DNA of 64,000 bases from Eledone cirrhosa (Eukaryota): NCBI GenBank assembly GCA_964016885.1, contig OZ024748.1:49724001-49788000 (forward strand), written 5' to 3'. Shown here piece after piece: positions 47,984-61,792 of this stretch. A program made the position numbers and the translations under genes. The notes under the pieces are model-generated. The model was not told where the DNA came from and ran no database searches. It saw nothing but the letters and a program-made list of their open reading frames with translations. Every line of letters starts with the position of its first letter. Within the stretch, counting starts at the first letter, position 1.

Positions 47984-48375
47984 TTGACAGTATCGATAAA
48001 GCGCCGGACATCATGCTTTGCAGCATAGAGTTACGTCTCTTTACTTTCTGAGTTCAAATTCTGCCGTTGTTAACTTTGCTTTTCATCTTTCCGGGGTCGA
48101 TAAAATAAAGTACCAGTAGTGCACTGGTATCGGTTTAATTGACTCCACCCAACCCCCCAAAATTGTAGGACTTGTGCTGAAATTAGATACCATTATTGGC
48201 CGAATCGATAGAGCGTCAGACAACATGCTTTGCAGCATAGAGTTATGGTCCTTTACGTTCTGAGTTCAAATCCTGCCGAGGTTAACTTTGCCTTTCATCC
48301 TTACGGAGTCGATAAAATAAAGTACCGGTAATGCGCTGGGGTAATTGTTATTCTTGTGCCAGAAGTAGAAACAGT
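47984..48375 (+). mobile_element. Two tandem S2 SINEs
   Basis: Two consecutive ctgagttcaaat...gataaaataaagtacc cores. Confidence 0.82.
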
Positions 48376-48832
48376 TATTTAATTTCTTTAAATCAATCTC
48401 CGCCTCCTGGCGTACTTTACCTGAATTCCTCAACTATTATTTATAGTGATTGACTAGTATTATAGTTATTTGCGTTGGGAGGACTACATTTCAAATTTCA
48501 AATTTCCGTAATGCTTAAGTAAAGCTGAGATTCACACATCCATCTTACAATCTGAAAGACGGTAAGTGCTGGCAAGGATCCCTGTATCATATTGGTTAAC
48601 AACCTCACCGGTCATTCGACAGATGTCGGGTTCGATTTCACGCAAACCTCTCTCTTCACTTTTTCATATCCAGGGATGCATTTCTTGATTTATCTCAACT
48701 ATTGTTGGTAGTTATATCAACTATAATTATAGCAATTTATGTTGGCTAAACTATATTTCAAAGTTTGCGAATGATTCTTAAGTCAAGAGGACGTTCACAC
48801 ACACACACAGACGCACAGAGACACACACACAA

Positions 48833-48882
<50 letters not shown>

Positions 48883-49132
48883 ACGCACAGACACACACAC
48901 AAACGCATACACACACACACACACGCACACGTACACAGACACACACGCACACATACACACACACACACACACAGAGACGCACACACAGATGCACACACAA
49001 ATGCACACACACACAGAGACGCACACACACACACATACACTCACACGCACACAGACGCGTGCACACACACACACACGTACACACACACACAAACGCAAAC
49101 AAACGACATATATAAACACAGCTGAAAATAAT

Positions 49133-49490
49133 TGCTTCTACTTTCGGCACAAGGCCAGCAATAAGCAGTGCATTACTGATACTTTATTTTATCGACCCCG
49201 TAGGGATGAAAGGCAAAGTTAACCTCGGCGGTATTTGAACTCAGAATGGCAAAGCACGGCGTTCCGACCCTCTACCGATACTGCCAATCCACCGCCCTCA
49301 GCTGAAAATAATGGTTTCATATTTAGGGACCAGGACAAGAATTTCGAGAAAGAGGAAAGTCGATTAAATCAACCACAGTATAATACTGGTACTTTGAGGA
49401 TGAAAAGCGAAGCTAACCTGACCGGGATTTGAACTCGGCGTAAAGAGATGTCTTCCTACGCCCTAGCGATATAATTAATCCACTGCCCTT
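49133..49490 (-). mobile_element. Two S2 SINEs
   Basis: Homology to the 5587 element. Confidence 0.78.
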
Positions 49491-49666
49491 ACATAGGTGA
49501 AAATAACAGAAGACTAATAGAATGTATGTGTATATTAATTGCCCTGACCCAAGAAATTCTCGAAAACTGTAAGTTAGAATAACAAAATGGCCGTCTTTCT
49601 CTTTCTTCATACACGGACGCCCAGCTTCTTTTGTTTCTCTTTAACAATTCCAAACACACACACACG

Positions 49667-49714
<48 letters not shown>

Positions 49715-49914
49715 CAGAAATACATTTACTGAAGTAAAAATATGGTTATAATGAAGATATTTATGGCTGGGTTATACAATCTAGCTAATCATTTTATATT
49801 TCTGAATATTGAAATTTCTCGCTAGATAATGGAAAATAACGAGTTTCTGATTATATATGCATAGTCGCACACACACACACACATACACCCACACACCTAC
49901 ACACACACACACAC

Positions 49915-49983
<69 letters not shown>

Positions 49984-50221
49984 CACACACACACATATAT
50001 ATAAATATGTGTGTGTGTGTGTGTTTGTGTGTGTGTGTTTGTGTGTGTTTGTGTTTGTGTATATATGTATATGTATAAGTGTGTGTATAAATGAACTAAC
50101 ACACACATGTGTACGTCCCCCTCCCCTCTCTCTCTCTCTGTGTTTGTGTGTGTTTTTACTTGTGTGTGTTTAGAGTCGGCTGTGAAATTGGTTATTTCCG
50201 GAATAATAATGACATTGACAA

Positions 50222-50702
50222 TAGCAACAACAACACCACCACCACCACCACCACCACCACTAACAACAACAATAACAGCTACAACAACCACAACAACAAT
50301 AATAACAGCAACAATAACAGCTACAACAACAACAATAATAATAACAATAACAGCGACAACAACGACAACAACAATAATAACAATAACAGCAACAAGAACA
50401 ACGAGAATAATAACATCAACAACGACAACAACAACAACAACAACAACAATAACAGCTACAACGACAACAACAACAACAACAACAGAAATAACAATAACAG
50501 CTACAACGACAACAACAGCAATAATAACAGCAACAATAACAGCTACAACGACAACAACAACAATAATAACAGCAACAATAACAGCTACAACAACAACAAT
50601 AACAATAATAACAGCAACAACAACAGCAACAACAGCAATAACAATAACAGCTACAACGACAACAACAACAACAATAAAAACAACAAGAAAACAACAACAA
50701 CA
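50222..50702. repeat. (AAC/AAT/AGC)n trinucleotide array
   Basis: Directly visible. Confidence 0.95.
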
Positions 50703-50819
50703 TTGACAAAAACAATTCTAACGATGACAATTTCAATATTGACGATATGACGATAATGATTGTTGTAATGAAACTGATATTAACTTTGATGACAATGACA
50801 ATGATGAAGATAATAATAA

Positions 50820-51608
50820 CTGTTTCTACTTTAGGCACAAGGCCAGCAATTATCCCAGTACATTACTGGTACTTTATTTTATCGACCCCGTAAGGGTGAA
50901 AGGCAAAGCTAACCTCGCCGGGATTTGAACTGAGATCATAAAGGGACGTAACTCTATGCTTCAATGATGAAGATAATAGTAATAGTTTGTGCTATAGGCA
51001 CAAGGTCAACAACTATTTGGGTGGGGGTGGGTGGGGGAGAAGTCAATTAAATTGACACCAGTGTGTTACTGGTACTTTATTTTATCGACCCTGTAAGGAT
51101 GAAAGGCAAAGTTAACCTCGGCGGGATTTGAACTCAGATCATAAGGGGACGTAACTCTATGCTTCAATGATGAAGATAATAGTAATAGTTTGTGCTATAG
51201 GCACAAGGTCAACAACTATTTGGGTGGGGGTGGGTGGGGGAGAAGTCAATTAAATTGACCCCAGTGCATTACTGGTACTTTATTTTATCGACCCTGTAAG
51301 GATGAAAGGCAAAGTTAACCTCGGCGGGATTTGAACTCAGATCATAAGGGGACGTAACTCTATGCTTCAATGATGAAGATAATAGTAATAGTTTGTGCTA
51401 TAGGCACAAGGTCAACAACTATTTGGGTGGGGGTGGGTGGGGGAGAAGTCAATTAAATTGACCCCAGTGCATTACTGGTACTTTATTTTATCGACCCTGT
51501 AAGGATGAAAGGCAAAGTTAACCTTGGCAGGATTTGAACTGAGAACGTAAAGAGCAGGAAGAAAAGATGCTATCTGACACTCTCGCCATTCTACCAATCC
51601 AACCTCCT
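50820..51608 (-). mobile_element. Four tandem S2 SINE units (203-bp period)
   Basis: caatgatgaagataat at 50799, 50962, 51165 and 51368, each followed by an S2 core. Confidence 0.88.
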
Positions 51609-52247
51609 AATAATAAGAATATTGAGAAAAAAGATGAAAATAAGAAAACGTGTGCTGCATTATGGATATTATTTTTGAGAGGGTGGGGGGTGAAGCTGGG
51701 GAGGGGGGGGATAGAGAACGGAAGAGATAATTTTAGAATTGAATTGTGAAAACCTGAAAAAGATGGTGTCTTTCTGAAGCAATTCATTTGAAATTAACTT
51801 TATATTACCGTCTTTGGATTGATGGAATTGTCAAAGGAAAGAACATATACACACATACACACATATACACACACACATACATACACACATACACACATAT
51901 ACAGACACACGCATAGTCACACACATACACACACACATACATATATATACACACACACACACGGATGAGAAAGGAAAAAATCCCAATATGTATATATGAA
52001 TATATATATATATATAATATATATATATATATACATACATGACACTATATATATATATGTGTGCGCGTGTATATATATGTATATATATATATATATATAT
52101 ATAAAGATCTATGAGAATATAAAACTACCAAAAAGAAAAAAAAAAGAAATATGATTCTTTTCTTTTCTTTTTCGTTTCTAATAAAATAATCATTTCATTT
52201 TATCACTTTTGTTTTTCTCTTGTAAATATTTATTGGTTCTGTTTAGG

Positions 52248-53329
52248 GTTGTTGTTGTTGTTGGTGGTAGTGTTGGTGATGGTGGTGGTGGTGGTGTTGG
52301 TGGTGGTGTTGGTGTTGGTGGTGTTCGTGGTGGTGGTGTTGGTGTTGGTGGTGGTTTTGGTGTTGGTGTTGGTGGTGTTGGTGGTGGTGGTGTTGGTGAT
52401 AGTGTTGGTGGTGGTGTTGGTGGTGGTGTTGGTGGTGTTGGTGTTGGTGTTGGTGGTGGTGTTGGTGTTGGTGTTGGTGGTGTTGGTGGTGGTGGTGGTT
52501 GTGGTGTTGATGTTGGTGGTGTTGGTGTTGGTGTTGGTGTTGGTGGTGGTGTTGGTGTTGGTGTTGGTGGTGGTGGTGGTGGTGGTGTTGGTGTTGGTGG
52601 TGGTGGTGGTGGTGGTGTTGGTGGTGGTGGTGTTGGTGTTGGTGTTGGTGTTGGTGGTGTTAGTGGTGGTGGTGGTGGTGGTGTTGGTGATGGTGGTGGT
52701 GTTGGTGGTGGTGGTGTTGGTGTTGTTGGTGGTGGTGTTGGTGCTGTTGGTGGTGTTGGAGGTGGTGGTGTTGTTGTTGTTGGTGGTGGTTTTGGTGATG
52801 GTGTTGGTGGTGGTGTTGACGGTGTTGTTGGTGGTGGTGTTGGTGATGGTAGTGGTGTTGTTCGTGGTGGTAGTGTTGGTTTTGGTGATGGTGTTGGTGA
52901 TGGTGGTGGTGTTGGTGGTGGTGGTGTTGGTGGTGGTGGTGGTGTTGTTGTTGGTGGTGTTGGTGGTGTTGGTGGTGTTGTTGTTGTTGGTGGTGGTTTT
53001 GGTGATGGTGTTGGTGATGATTGTGGTGTTGGTGGTGGTGTTGGTGGTGTTGGTGGTGTTGGCGGTGTTATTGTTTATGGTGGTTTTGGTGATGGTGTTG
53101 TTGGTGGTGATGTTGTTATTGGTGTTGTTGTTGTTGGTGTTGTTGTTGTTGTTGGTGGTGGTGTTGTTGGTGTTGTTGTTGTTGGTGTTGTTGGTGGTGG
53201 TGCTGGTGGTGGTGATGTTGTTGTTGGTGTTGTTGGTGGTGTTGTTGTTGGTGTTGTTGGTGGTGGTGGTGTTTGTGTTGTTGTTGTTGGTGGTGATGTT
53301 GTTGTTGGTGTTGTTGTTGTTGTTGGTGT

Positions 53330-53330
<1 letters not shown>
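52248..53330. repeat. (GGT/GTT)n trinucleotide array
   Basis: Directly visible; about 1.1 kb. Confidence 0.95.
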
Positions 53331-53363
<33 letters not shown>

Positions 53364-53442
53364 TACATATATATACATATGTATATATATATATACTAAT
53401 ATATATATATATATATACATACACACACATACATATATATAC

Positions 53443-53515
<73 letters not shown>

Positions 53516-53635
53516 CACACACATATATATACATATGTATATATATATATATATATATGTATAATATTTATATATAAATGTATATATATATCTATATATG
53601 TATATATACATGTATATATATATACGTATACATGT

Positions 53636-53668
<33 letters not shown>

Positions 53669-53670
53669 CA

Positions 53671-54150
53671 TACGATATTAAACAAATGGAAACTATATTT
53701 ATAAAACCATATTTATTTCGTTATATATATTTCTGGGATATCATATTAAAAATATGGTATGCCTTCCTCAGACAAAATACAATACATAAGCTGTTTTATA
53801 AATAATTAGTGACATACCTTGTAATAATGCAACTTCCATTTAAAAAGTTGATTTGGTAGTTTAAATGGAAGTTGCATTATTAAAAGTTTAAATGGAAGTT
53901 GCATTATTACAAGGTATGTCACTAATTATTTATAAAACAGCTTATGTATTGTATTTTGTCTGAGGAAGGCATACCATATTTTTAATATGATATCCCAGAA
54001 ATATATATAACGAAATAAATATGGTTTTATAAATATAGTTTCCATTTGTTTAATATCGTAAACCTACTCCAGAAACTGTTGAGTGCTTTTATATCAGTTA
54101 TAAAATATTTACTCGTTGTAACCCAACAATCTTAAATAAAACTTTTGCAT
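53671..54150 (+). mobile_element. Family B fold-back insertion (about 170-bp arms) with HHRs at 53714-53779 (-) and 53952-54017 (+)
   Basis: 53671-53843 is the reverse complement of 53888-54060; tattttgt-CTGAGGA...GAAA-tatatata-acgaaata. Confidence 0.8.
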
Positions 54151-54169
54151 ATATATACATATATATATA

Positions 54170-54305
<136 letters not shown>

Positions 54306-54311
54306 TATATA

Positions 54312-54366
<55 letters not shown>

Positions 54367-54375
<9 letters not shown>

Positions 54376-54743
54376 ACTAGAAATAGATTGACACATATAT
54401 ATATAAAATAAACACATGAAACAATCTCAGGGAATAATTTGTAAAGTGTGTAAGCACACATAGCTAGGTAGGTAACTAATTAATGTTTAACTAGAACTTC
54501 AAATATATATTATGAAGTTCTAGTTAAACTTTACTTAGTTACCTAACTAGCTATGTGTTCTTACACACTTTACAAATTATTCCCTGAGATTCTTTCATGT
54601 GTTTATTTTATATATATATGTGTGTCAATCTATTTCTAGTTGATATAAAATGCTCGGAACTATTCATTGGAATCTTTGAGCTTATTCTGCAGTGAATATG
54701 GCGCATGTCTCTCAGACATGACAACCTTACCTTAATTTAATTT

Positions 54744-54745
<2 letters not shown>
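54367..54745 (+). mobile_element. Fold-back insertion in (TA)n (about 135-bp arms plus long-arm extension)
   Basis: tatatcaactagaaatagattgacac...aactagaacttca / tgaagttctagtt...gtgtcaatctatttctagttgatata. Confidence 0.8.
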
Positions 54746-54790
<45 letters not shown>

Positions 54791-55030
54791 ACATATATAT
54801 ATATATATATTTATAAAATGGTGCGTTTACTCACACACAGGTATATATATATGAGCAAACAGACTCATATATACATGTGAACAAACATACAAATTTATAC
54901 AGGCTTATAGGCAGTTATACAGACATACACAAACCACACGTGTGTATATACATACACTAATACATCCAGTAACTCTATGTAGATTATATATCGCATTTAT
55001 ATCTACAATCACTGGTTTGCTTCGTTTTAG

Positions 55031-55100
55031 TAAATATCTAAACGGCAATCTCGAAAAACTAGAATTTCCAAGCAAAGCAAGCTCACTTCTATTGAAATCT
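55031..55100 (+). CDS. Possible small internal exon (KYLNGNLEKLEFPSKASSLLLKS)
   Basis: gttttag acceptor, gtaaga donor, open frame ending in phase 0 (compatible with 60924); no homology recognised. Confidence 0.2.
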
Positions 55101-55834
55101 GTAAGAGGAACATTAAAACTACGCAAAACCTTTCTAAATTTCAACCAGTAGGTGCAAACCTGGTTATGTGGTTAACGAGTTTCTATTAGAAGCTCCTAAA
55201 AACAAAACAAACGAAAAACAAAAAACAAAAAACAAACAAACAACACAAAACACAAAAAACACACAATATATTAAATACAGTAGAGAAAACTCCACTCCCT
55301 AAAAAATGGAATTATCTTGCGATAAAATTAACTTCCATTTTGTTTTTGTTCATATGATTTCCACTATATGTAGGAGATTTTATCCAAAATAAAGCATTCC
55401 AAATTAGGTTTAAAACCAATACCATTAATGCATGAAATTTGCATATTGCTACATCAGATATTTTCGTGGATGTTGTCGAGGTTGTCTACCTTAGATATCT
55501 ATTTAGGTGAATAGTATTTAGTTATTTATTACTCATTTTTTCTCTTTTTATAATTTCATTTATTTAAATAAATTTAGTTATTCAGTTGGTAGTATTGCTA
55601 CAGAAAATAGCGAATATGACAATAACGACATTAACGACAACGACAATGACAACGACGATGATGACGACAACAACACCATTAACAGCATCAAGGAAAATTG
55701 AAGACACAATTAAAGATCTAAAGAAATATGTGATATTCAGCGAGGGAAAAAATGAATTCCTTTATTTAGCCACTAAAGGCAATCACATACAGCGTCATTG
55801 ATACATACAATTACATGACAGGTTAAAAACTGGG

Positions 55835-55882
<48 letters not shown>

Positions 55883-56029
55883 GTACGTGTGTGTGTACGT
55901 GTGTGTGTGCATGTATGTGTGTACGTGTGTATGTGTACGTGTGTGTGTGTGTGTGTGTGTACGTGTGTATGTGTGCATGTGTACGTGTGTGTGTGTGTAC
56001 GTGTGTGTGTGTGTACGTGTGTGTGTGTG

Positions 56030-56067
<38 letters not shown>

Positions 56068-56083
56068 TGTGTGTGTGCATGTG

Positions 56084-56121
<38 letters not shown>

Positions 56122-56246
56122 CTTTTTCAGAAAAAACCAGTGTGGATTAACAAGATAAAATTGTAGAAAAACGAGGAGTTGGGAGTTAAGGGATGTTATA
56201 CAAAGAAGGTATATTAAAAATTGGTTTAAAAATAAGGACATTTAAT

Positions 56247-56692
56247 GGTTTCTACTTTAGGCACAAGGTCCGCAATTTTGGAGAAGTTAAAATCGATTAT
56301 ATCGACTCTAAGACTTGACTGGTCTTTTAATTTATCGTCTCCTCCGTAACGATGAAAGGTGACGTTGGCCTCGGTGGGATTTGAACTCAGAACGTAAAGC
56401 ATTAGAAAAATACGGATATGCTTTGTGTGCTGCTCTAACGACTCTACCAACCCACCACCCTTATAAGGACACATAGGCTCTACATTCGGCACAGGCCAGT
56501 GATTTGTAGGAAAGGGGAAAGTCGATTAAATCGACCCCAGTGCGTTACTGGTGCTTTATTTTGTCGAGATTCCACAAGGATGAAAGGCAAAGCTAAATTT
56601 AGCATTATTTGAACTTAGAACGTAGAGGGACGTAACTATATGCCGCAAAGCATGTTTTCCGACGCTCTACCAGTACTGCCAATCCACCACCC
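56247..56692 (-). mobile_element. Two tandem S2 SINEs
   Basis: Homology to the 5587 element. Confidence 0.8.
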
Positions 56693-57730
56693 TATATAAG
56701 GACATATGATAATATGGAGAAGAAAAAAAACTATAAATAAAAGAATATATTGTTTAAGAAATATACATACAAAAACATTTAGAGTTTCCATAAAGACACA
56801 GGTGAGATTCCACTGCTAAGTTTGGGTTAGAAGACCAATATTTCTGTTCTCTCCTCATTGTTCATATTAAGGCTTTGTGCTACAGCATTGGCCGTTAGAA
56901 TTATTTGTATGGGACGAATAAAAAAAGGTTCCCACGTCTTCTAGATATTTTCCCTCTAGCTTGTGATAGTGATTTACTATTATTTTTACCAACGTCTTTC
57001 ACTTGAGGTCTTCCTGTAATATGGGTCTATTTGTTCTTCACTTACTAGGATGTTTTTCTAAATATCCTTTCCACCAAATCTTTTTAATATATACATCTGA
57101 TAAGGGCAGACAAGAGCTCCCGTTTGTCTCCGTCAAGGACCGATGATTTTCCGGCTCTTTGTGAAGCCACAATTAGTGATTAAACCGGTGTTATTACTAG
57201 AGTAGTAACCTCCGGGACATGTTGTTGTTGCTGTTATTGACGAATTTCTTCTATTTCATCTTCTCTATCTCTAATAAATATCACAGAAGGTGTGAGTATG
57301 TGTGTGCGTGAGGGTGGGGAGGGGGACACAAGAGGGGTGGGGTGGTCATTCGAATTCCACTTCAAATTCTGGTGTTGAGGACGAAGCAGTCTTCTCCGCT
57401 ATTTCCATTATTTAAGACGGTAGGGTATATTCTGATAAACATTTGCTATTTCTAGCAGAGTGAAAGACCAGGTATCCTCACTCCCCATCGCTGGTCTCTT
57501 GTCTTTTTCAATGACATCAATTACGTAACTGGCGATAACTCAAATAAAATAGAATCAAATGTTAATGGCAATACACTTGGTAATAAGAAAAGATTTCTTG
57601 AACATAGTTCAGTTTACAGGAAACTCATCTCAACTGTACGTTGCTCGCCTAATTGTTTTAATTAAGAAAATTGTCTTCGTCTAATTAATAATATGTAAAA
57701 TTTTAATTAAGAGAGCTTCTTAGAATTAAT

Positions 57731-57917
57731 TGTTTCTACTATTGGCACAAGGCCAGCAATTACCCAGTACATCACTGGTACTTTATTTTATCGACCCCTA
57801 AAGTATGAAAGGCAAAGTTAACCTCGGCGAGATTTGAACACAGAATGGCAAGGGCCGTAACTCTATGCGTCAAAGCATGGTGTCCAACCCTCTACCGATA
57901 CTGCCAATCCACCGCCC
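57731..57917 (-). mobile_element. SINE family S2
   Basis: Homology to the 5587 element. Confidence 0.85.
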
Positions 57918-58853
57918 TGATAATTGTCTTCTGGACTTCATTATAAATCTTCTCACGTTTGAATCAATCAGGTTTGAAACGATGACAGAATTTATTGAAC
58001 AGTTAATAAGGCTTAAGTGTCTCCGGGAATGTGTGAGCGGAGACCTGTGTGTAAGTATGCGTATGTGTGTACATCTGTGTGAGAAGGTGAGGGCAACGGG
58101 AAGTTGTGGCGTTTATACATGTATTGGATAGTTAATAAGTAAGGCTCTTAAGTTTTACCGGGAATATGTGAACAGCGTGTACGTGTATGTATGTATATGT
58201 TTGTATGTGCACGTGTGTGTATATATGTGTATATATGTGCATATATATATGTGTGTGTGTGTGTAAGGAGGAGAGGACAGCGGGAAGTTGTGGCGTTTAT
58301 ACATTTCAAATGTTCCCGAGAGTTTAAATCGAAGAAATTGGCTGCAATACGTTGTGTAAATATTACATTTATATGATTCATTATCACCCCCCCCACTCCC
58401 CCCCACCCCCCCCCCAAAAAAAAAAAGAAAAAGAATCACACAAAAACAACAACAACAAAATAACATAAACAGACAAAAGAACGAGTCAATGTGGAAGTCC
58501 AGCCTGCTAGATATAGCAGCCAAACTCTCCCTTAAGCCACACATTTTACTGTCTTAAAAGAAAGAAAATACACGCTGGACAATCAAGTCAACGGGAGGGT
58601 CATGGCTGAAACGACTTTTACAATAGATCTGTCTGAACAGATTTAACATGGCGTAGAATATCAATAGTGGCAACAGCAACAACAACATCAACAATAAAAA
58701 CAAAACAACTTCAACAAAAATAACAAACCCTACAAGCCAATAATGTATAAGGATTTGAACTCTGAAAGTTAAACTATGACAATAAACACACGCATAATCA
58801 CACGCATATATACACACACATATACACACACAATACACATACATACACGCAAA

Positions 58854-58911
<58 letters not shown>

Positions 58912-59246
58912 CCCTCCCATAAAAAGAGAAAGCAAAAGAGATATGTCGCCAGGATGACAGTCATCCGTCTGTTCTCAAGACATTTTTAACGCCATTAAAA
59001 TATACAGGAATCGATAATCGGCTTATTTTTTATATTTATTCATATTTTTTTTTACCTGTGTAATTGATTAAGATTGCTTGTATACTAGTACATGATATAG
59101 GTGAGGTAGGTAACAGATTGCTTGTGTACTGGTACATGGATAAAGGTGAGATAGGTAACAGATTCAGCAAAGAGATATTTCTCTCTTATTTTCTTTTTTT
59201 CTTTTATTCGTCTCCCACACTCATTCGTATTACAAACACGCACACA

Positions 59247-59296
<50 letters not shown>

Positions 59297-59402
59297 TATA
59301 TATATATATATATATGTGTGTGTGCATGCATATATGCGTATTCTGCATTAATTTAATCTCAGACAAAAAAAAGCAAAGAAAGTAAAAACACACAGACACT
59401 CA

Positions 59403-59481
<79 letters not shown>

Positions 59482-59970
59482 CACAAATAAGAGAGACGGT
59501 TTTATTCGTATATCTTTTTATTACATAATTCTATTATACATATTTCGATGATGTCAAAGTGGTTACATAATATCTTTCTGACATTTTCTCATCACATAGT
59601 TTAATATGTGTGGTTTTATATTTTGATATGTTCCTGATTTCTCGTGGTGTTTACATCGCTGGCCAGTATACTTACGGATAGTATTGGTATTCTAGTAGGT
59701 ATATAGGGATCGGGAGGCTAAATTGTTGCAGGCATGCTACCAGAGGGGTCAGTCTCCAGATCATATATTTGAAAGAGTTGGTTTGAATGATCTATTTATT
59801 TGTTTCATAATTTGTTTCAACTTAATTGGACCGCGAAACCAATGGTAGTTCATATATGTTAAGTGTATGAAACGGAAATATGTTTATACTAAATAAGTTC
59901 TCTTGCAGCGTTTTTCTTGATCTTTCATCTTGGGATTTCCAGCCCCACCATATATATATATATATATATA

Positions 59971-60310
59971 TCATTTTCATCATTTCATTTTACGTCCACA
60001 TTTCCCTGCTTCCAAGGGTGGGACGGGAACTGATTCTGGCTTGATTTCGACAGCTGGATGCCCTTCCTAACACCAACCTCATTTACAGTGAATGCTGGGT
60101 GCTTTTTTGACGTGGCACCTCCACGACCACTTTGCAGTGGAATGATAAGGACCCCACTCCCTATTATCTCATTTCTACAGCTGAGTAAACTGGAGCAATG
60201 TGAAATAAAATGTCTTGCTCAAGGAAACAACACATCACCCGGTCTGAGAATTGAACTCACAACCTTTCGATTGCAAGGCCAATGCTCTAACCACTAAGCC
60301 ATGTGCCTCC
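59971..60310 (-). mobile_element. SINE family S1, full length
   Basis: Reverse complement of 251-592. Confidence 0.9.
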
Positions 60311-60360
60311 ATAATATATATATATATATACAAAGCTATTTGTAAAACTGTTATATATTG

Positions 60361-60425
60361 TATTTTGTCTGATGAAGGCATACCATAATTTAATGTGGTA
60401 TCCCTGAAATATGTATAATGAAATA
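60361..60425 (+). ncRNA. Type I hammerhead, family B (within fragment 60335-60466)
   Basis: tattttgt-CTGATGA-aggc ataccata..tgtggtat ccct-GAAA-tatgtata-atgaaata. Confidence 0.68.
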
Positions 60426-60464
60426 AATGTGGTTTTATAAATATAGTTTCCATTTATTAATATC

Positions 60465-60518
<54 letters not shown>

Positions 60519-60677
60519 GGATGCACATTCGCAAACATGTGCATGTATATATGGAATCCATCTCAACTCTACTTTTGAAAAGCAGAAGAACTGCGAAACC
60601 GGTAAAGGAACCAAATAAATATATATATTATTTTTAAAAATAAGACTCCAGTTGCATTTTCGATTTCATCTTTTTTT

Positions 60678-60726
<49 letters not shown>

Positions 60727-60923
60727 AGTATATATATATATATACACACAATACACACGTATCAATATAATTATACAAATGTGCATATGGCTCTCATAAT
60801 CTATATATACACAATATACACATACACACGCATACAGACTCAGACACATATATTTATATATTTATATACATGTAATTTCTTTCTTTCTGTTGTTTTATTG
60901 CAATCCTATTTCTTTCTTTTCAG

Positions 60924-61565
60924 TACACAATAGAAGGTGAAGCTTTTTCAGCGGCAGCAAAATTAGAAGCAGCCCTACCTGAAATCAATCGCTTGAAATA
61001 TGAAATGAAGAATTTACATATAAAGAATGATATACAGTTTTCTGAAATCCAGAAACTACAACATATCAAAGAGGAAAATTTAACGTACAGCAGGGAGCTG
61101 GAAAATACGAATCAGATTATCAAAGAAAAGAATTACAAGATTGCTCGTCTTCAGCAAGAAAAGTCAGACAACTCGAAATGTGCAGAACTATTGGTTGTGT
61201 TACAGAACAAGTTGGCCAAGATACACAAAGAGAAAGTTTACTATGCCACACAAGACGCAAAGAAGAACCGAATGATTGAAAGTTTGAGAGAGTCATTATC
61301 TGCATTGGAGGAAAGTGTCGCTAGGTATAAAGAAAATGAGATGACTGCAAACAAGACTGTAAACTACGATGACGTATCGAAGAAAGATAATGTGGCTGAA
61401 AAAAACGATAATGTCTCTCAGATGCAGTCTATTTCATTTAAAGAATTCGTCATTGCTAAACGTGAAGCAGCAAAATTGAGACAAGAAAACCTACGACTTC
61501 AGAAACAATTGCTTCGTTTGAAAAACGAGAAAGGGACAAAACAGTTACAATTAGAACAACAATAA
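60924..61565 (+). CDS. Terminal coding exon of an unidentified coiled-coil protein (213 aa, YTIEGEAF...LQLEQQ*)
   Basis: Strong acceptor tttctttcttttcag ending at 60923; uninterrupted non-repetitive phase-0 frame to TAA; E/K/L/Q-rich heptad-like composition. Confidence 0.7.
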   Translation, partial: YTIEGEAFSAAAKLEAALPEINRLKYEMKNLHIKNDIQFSEIQKLQHIKEENLTYSRELENTNQIIKEKNYKIARLQQEKSDNSKCAELLVVLQNKLAKIHKEKVYYATQDAKKNRMIESLRESLSALEESVARYKENEMTANKTVNYDDVSKKDNVAEKNDNVSQMQSISFKEFVIAKREAAKLRQENLRLQKQLLRLKNEKGTKQLQLEQQ

Positions 61566-61573
61566 AGTAGCCA

Positions 61574-61641
<68 letters not shown>

Positions 61642-61657
61642 ATAATAATAATAACAA

Positions 61658-61757
61658 TGTTTCTACTTTTACCCCAGTGCATTACTGGTGCTTTATTTTA
61701 TCGACCCCCGTAAGGATGAAAGCAAAGTTAACCTCGGCGGGATTTGAACTCAGAATG
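61658..61757 (-). mobile_element. S2 SINE fragment
   Basis: Homology to the 5587 element. Confidence 0.75.
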
Positions 61758-61792
61758 TATTTGAACTAACAATGATAATAATAATAATAATT

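Noticed and set aside
52209-53577. Gly/Val-rich or Thr/Asn-rich long ORFs
   Set aside because: Pure (GGT/GTT)n array open in several frames.
55586-55801. Exon after ttattcag (Thr-rich or Asp/Asn-rich frame)
   Set aside because: Weak polypyrimidine tract, degenerate trinucleotide repeat and early stops.
56790-57280. Coding region or R4-like LINE remnant
   Set aside because: Stops in the frames I read and only a faint EIEEIR-like resemblance; not supportable.
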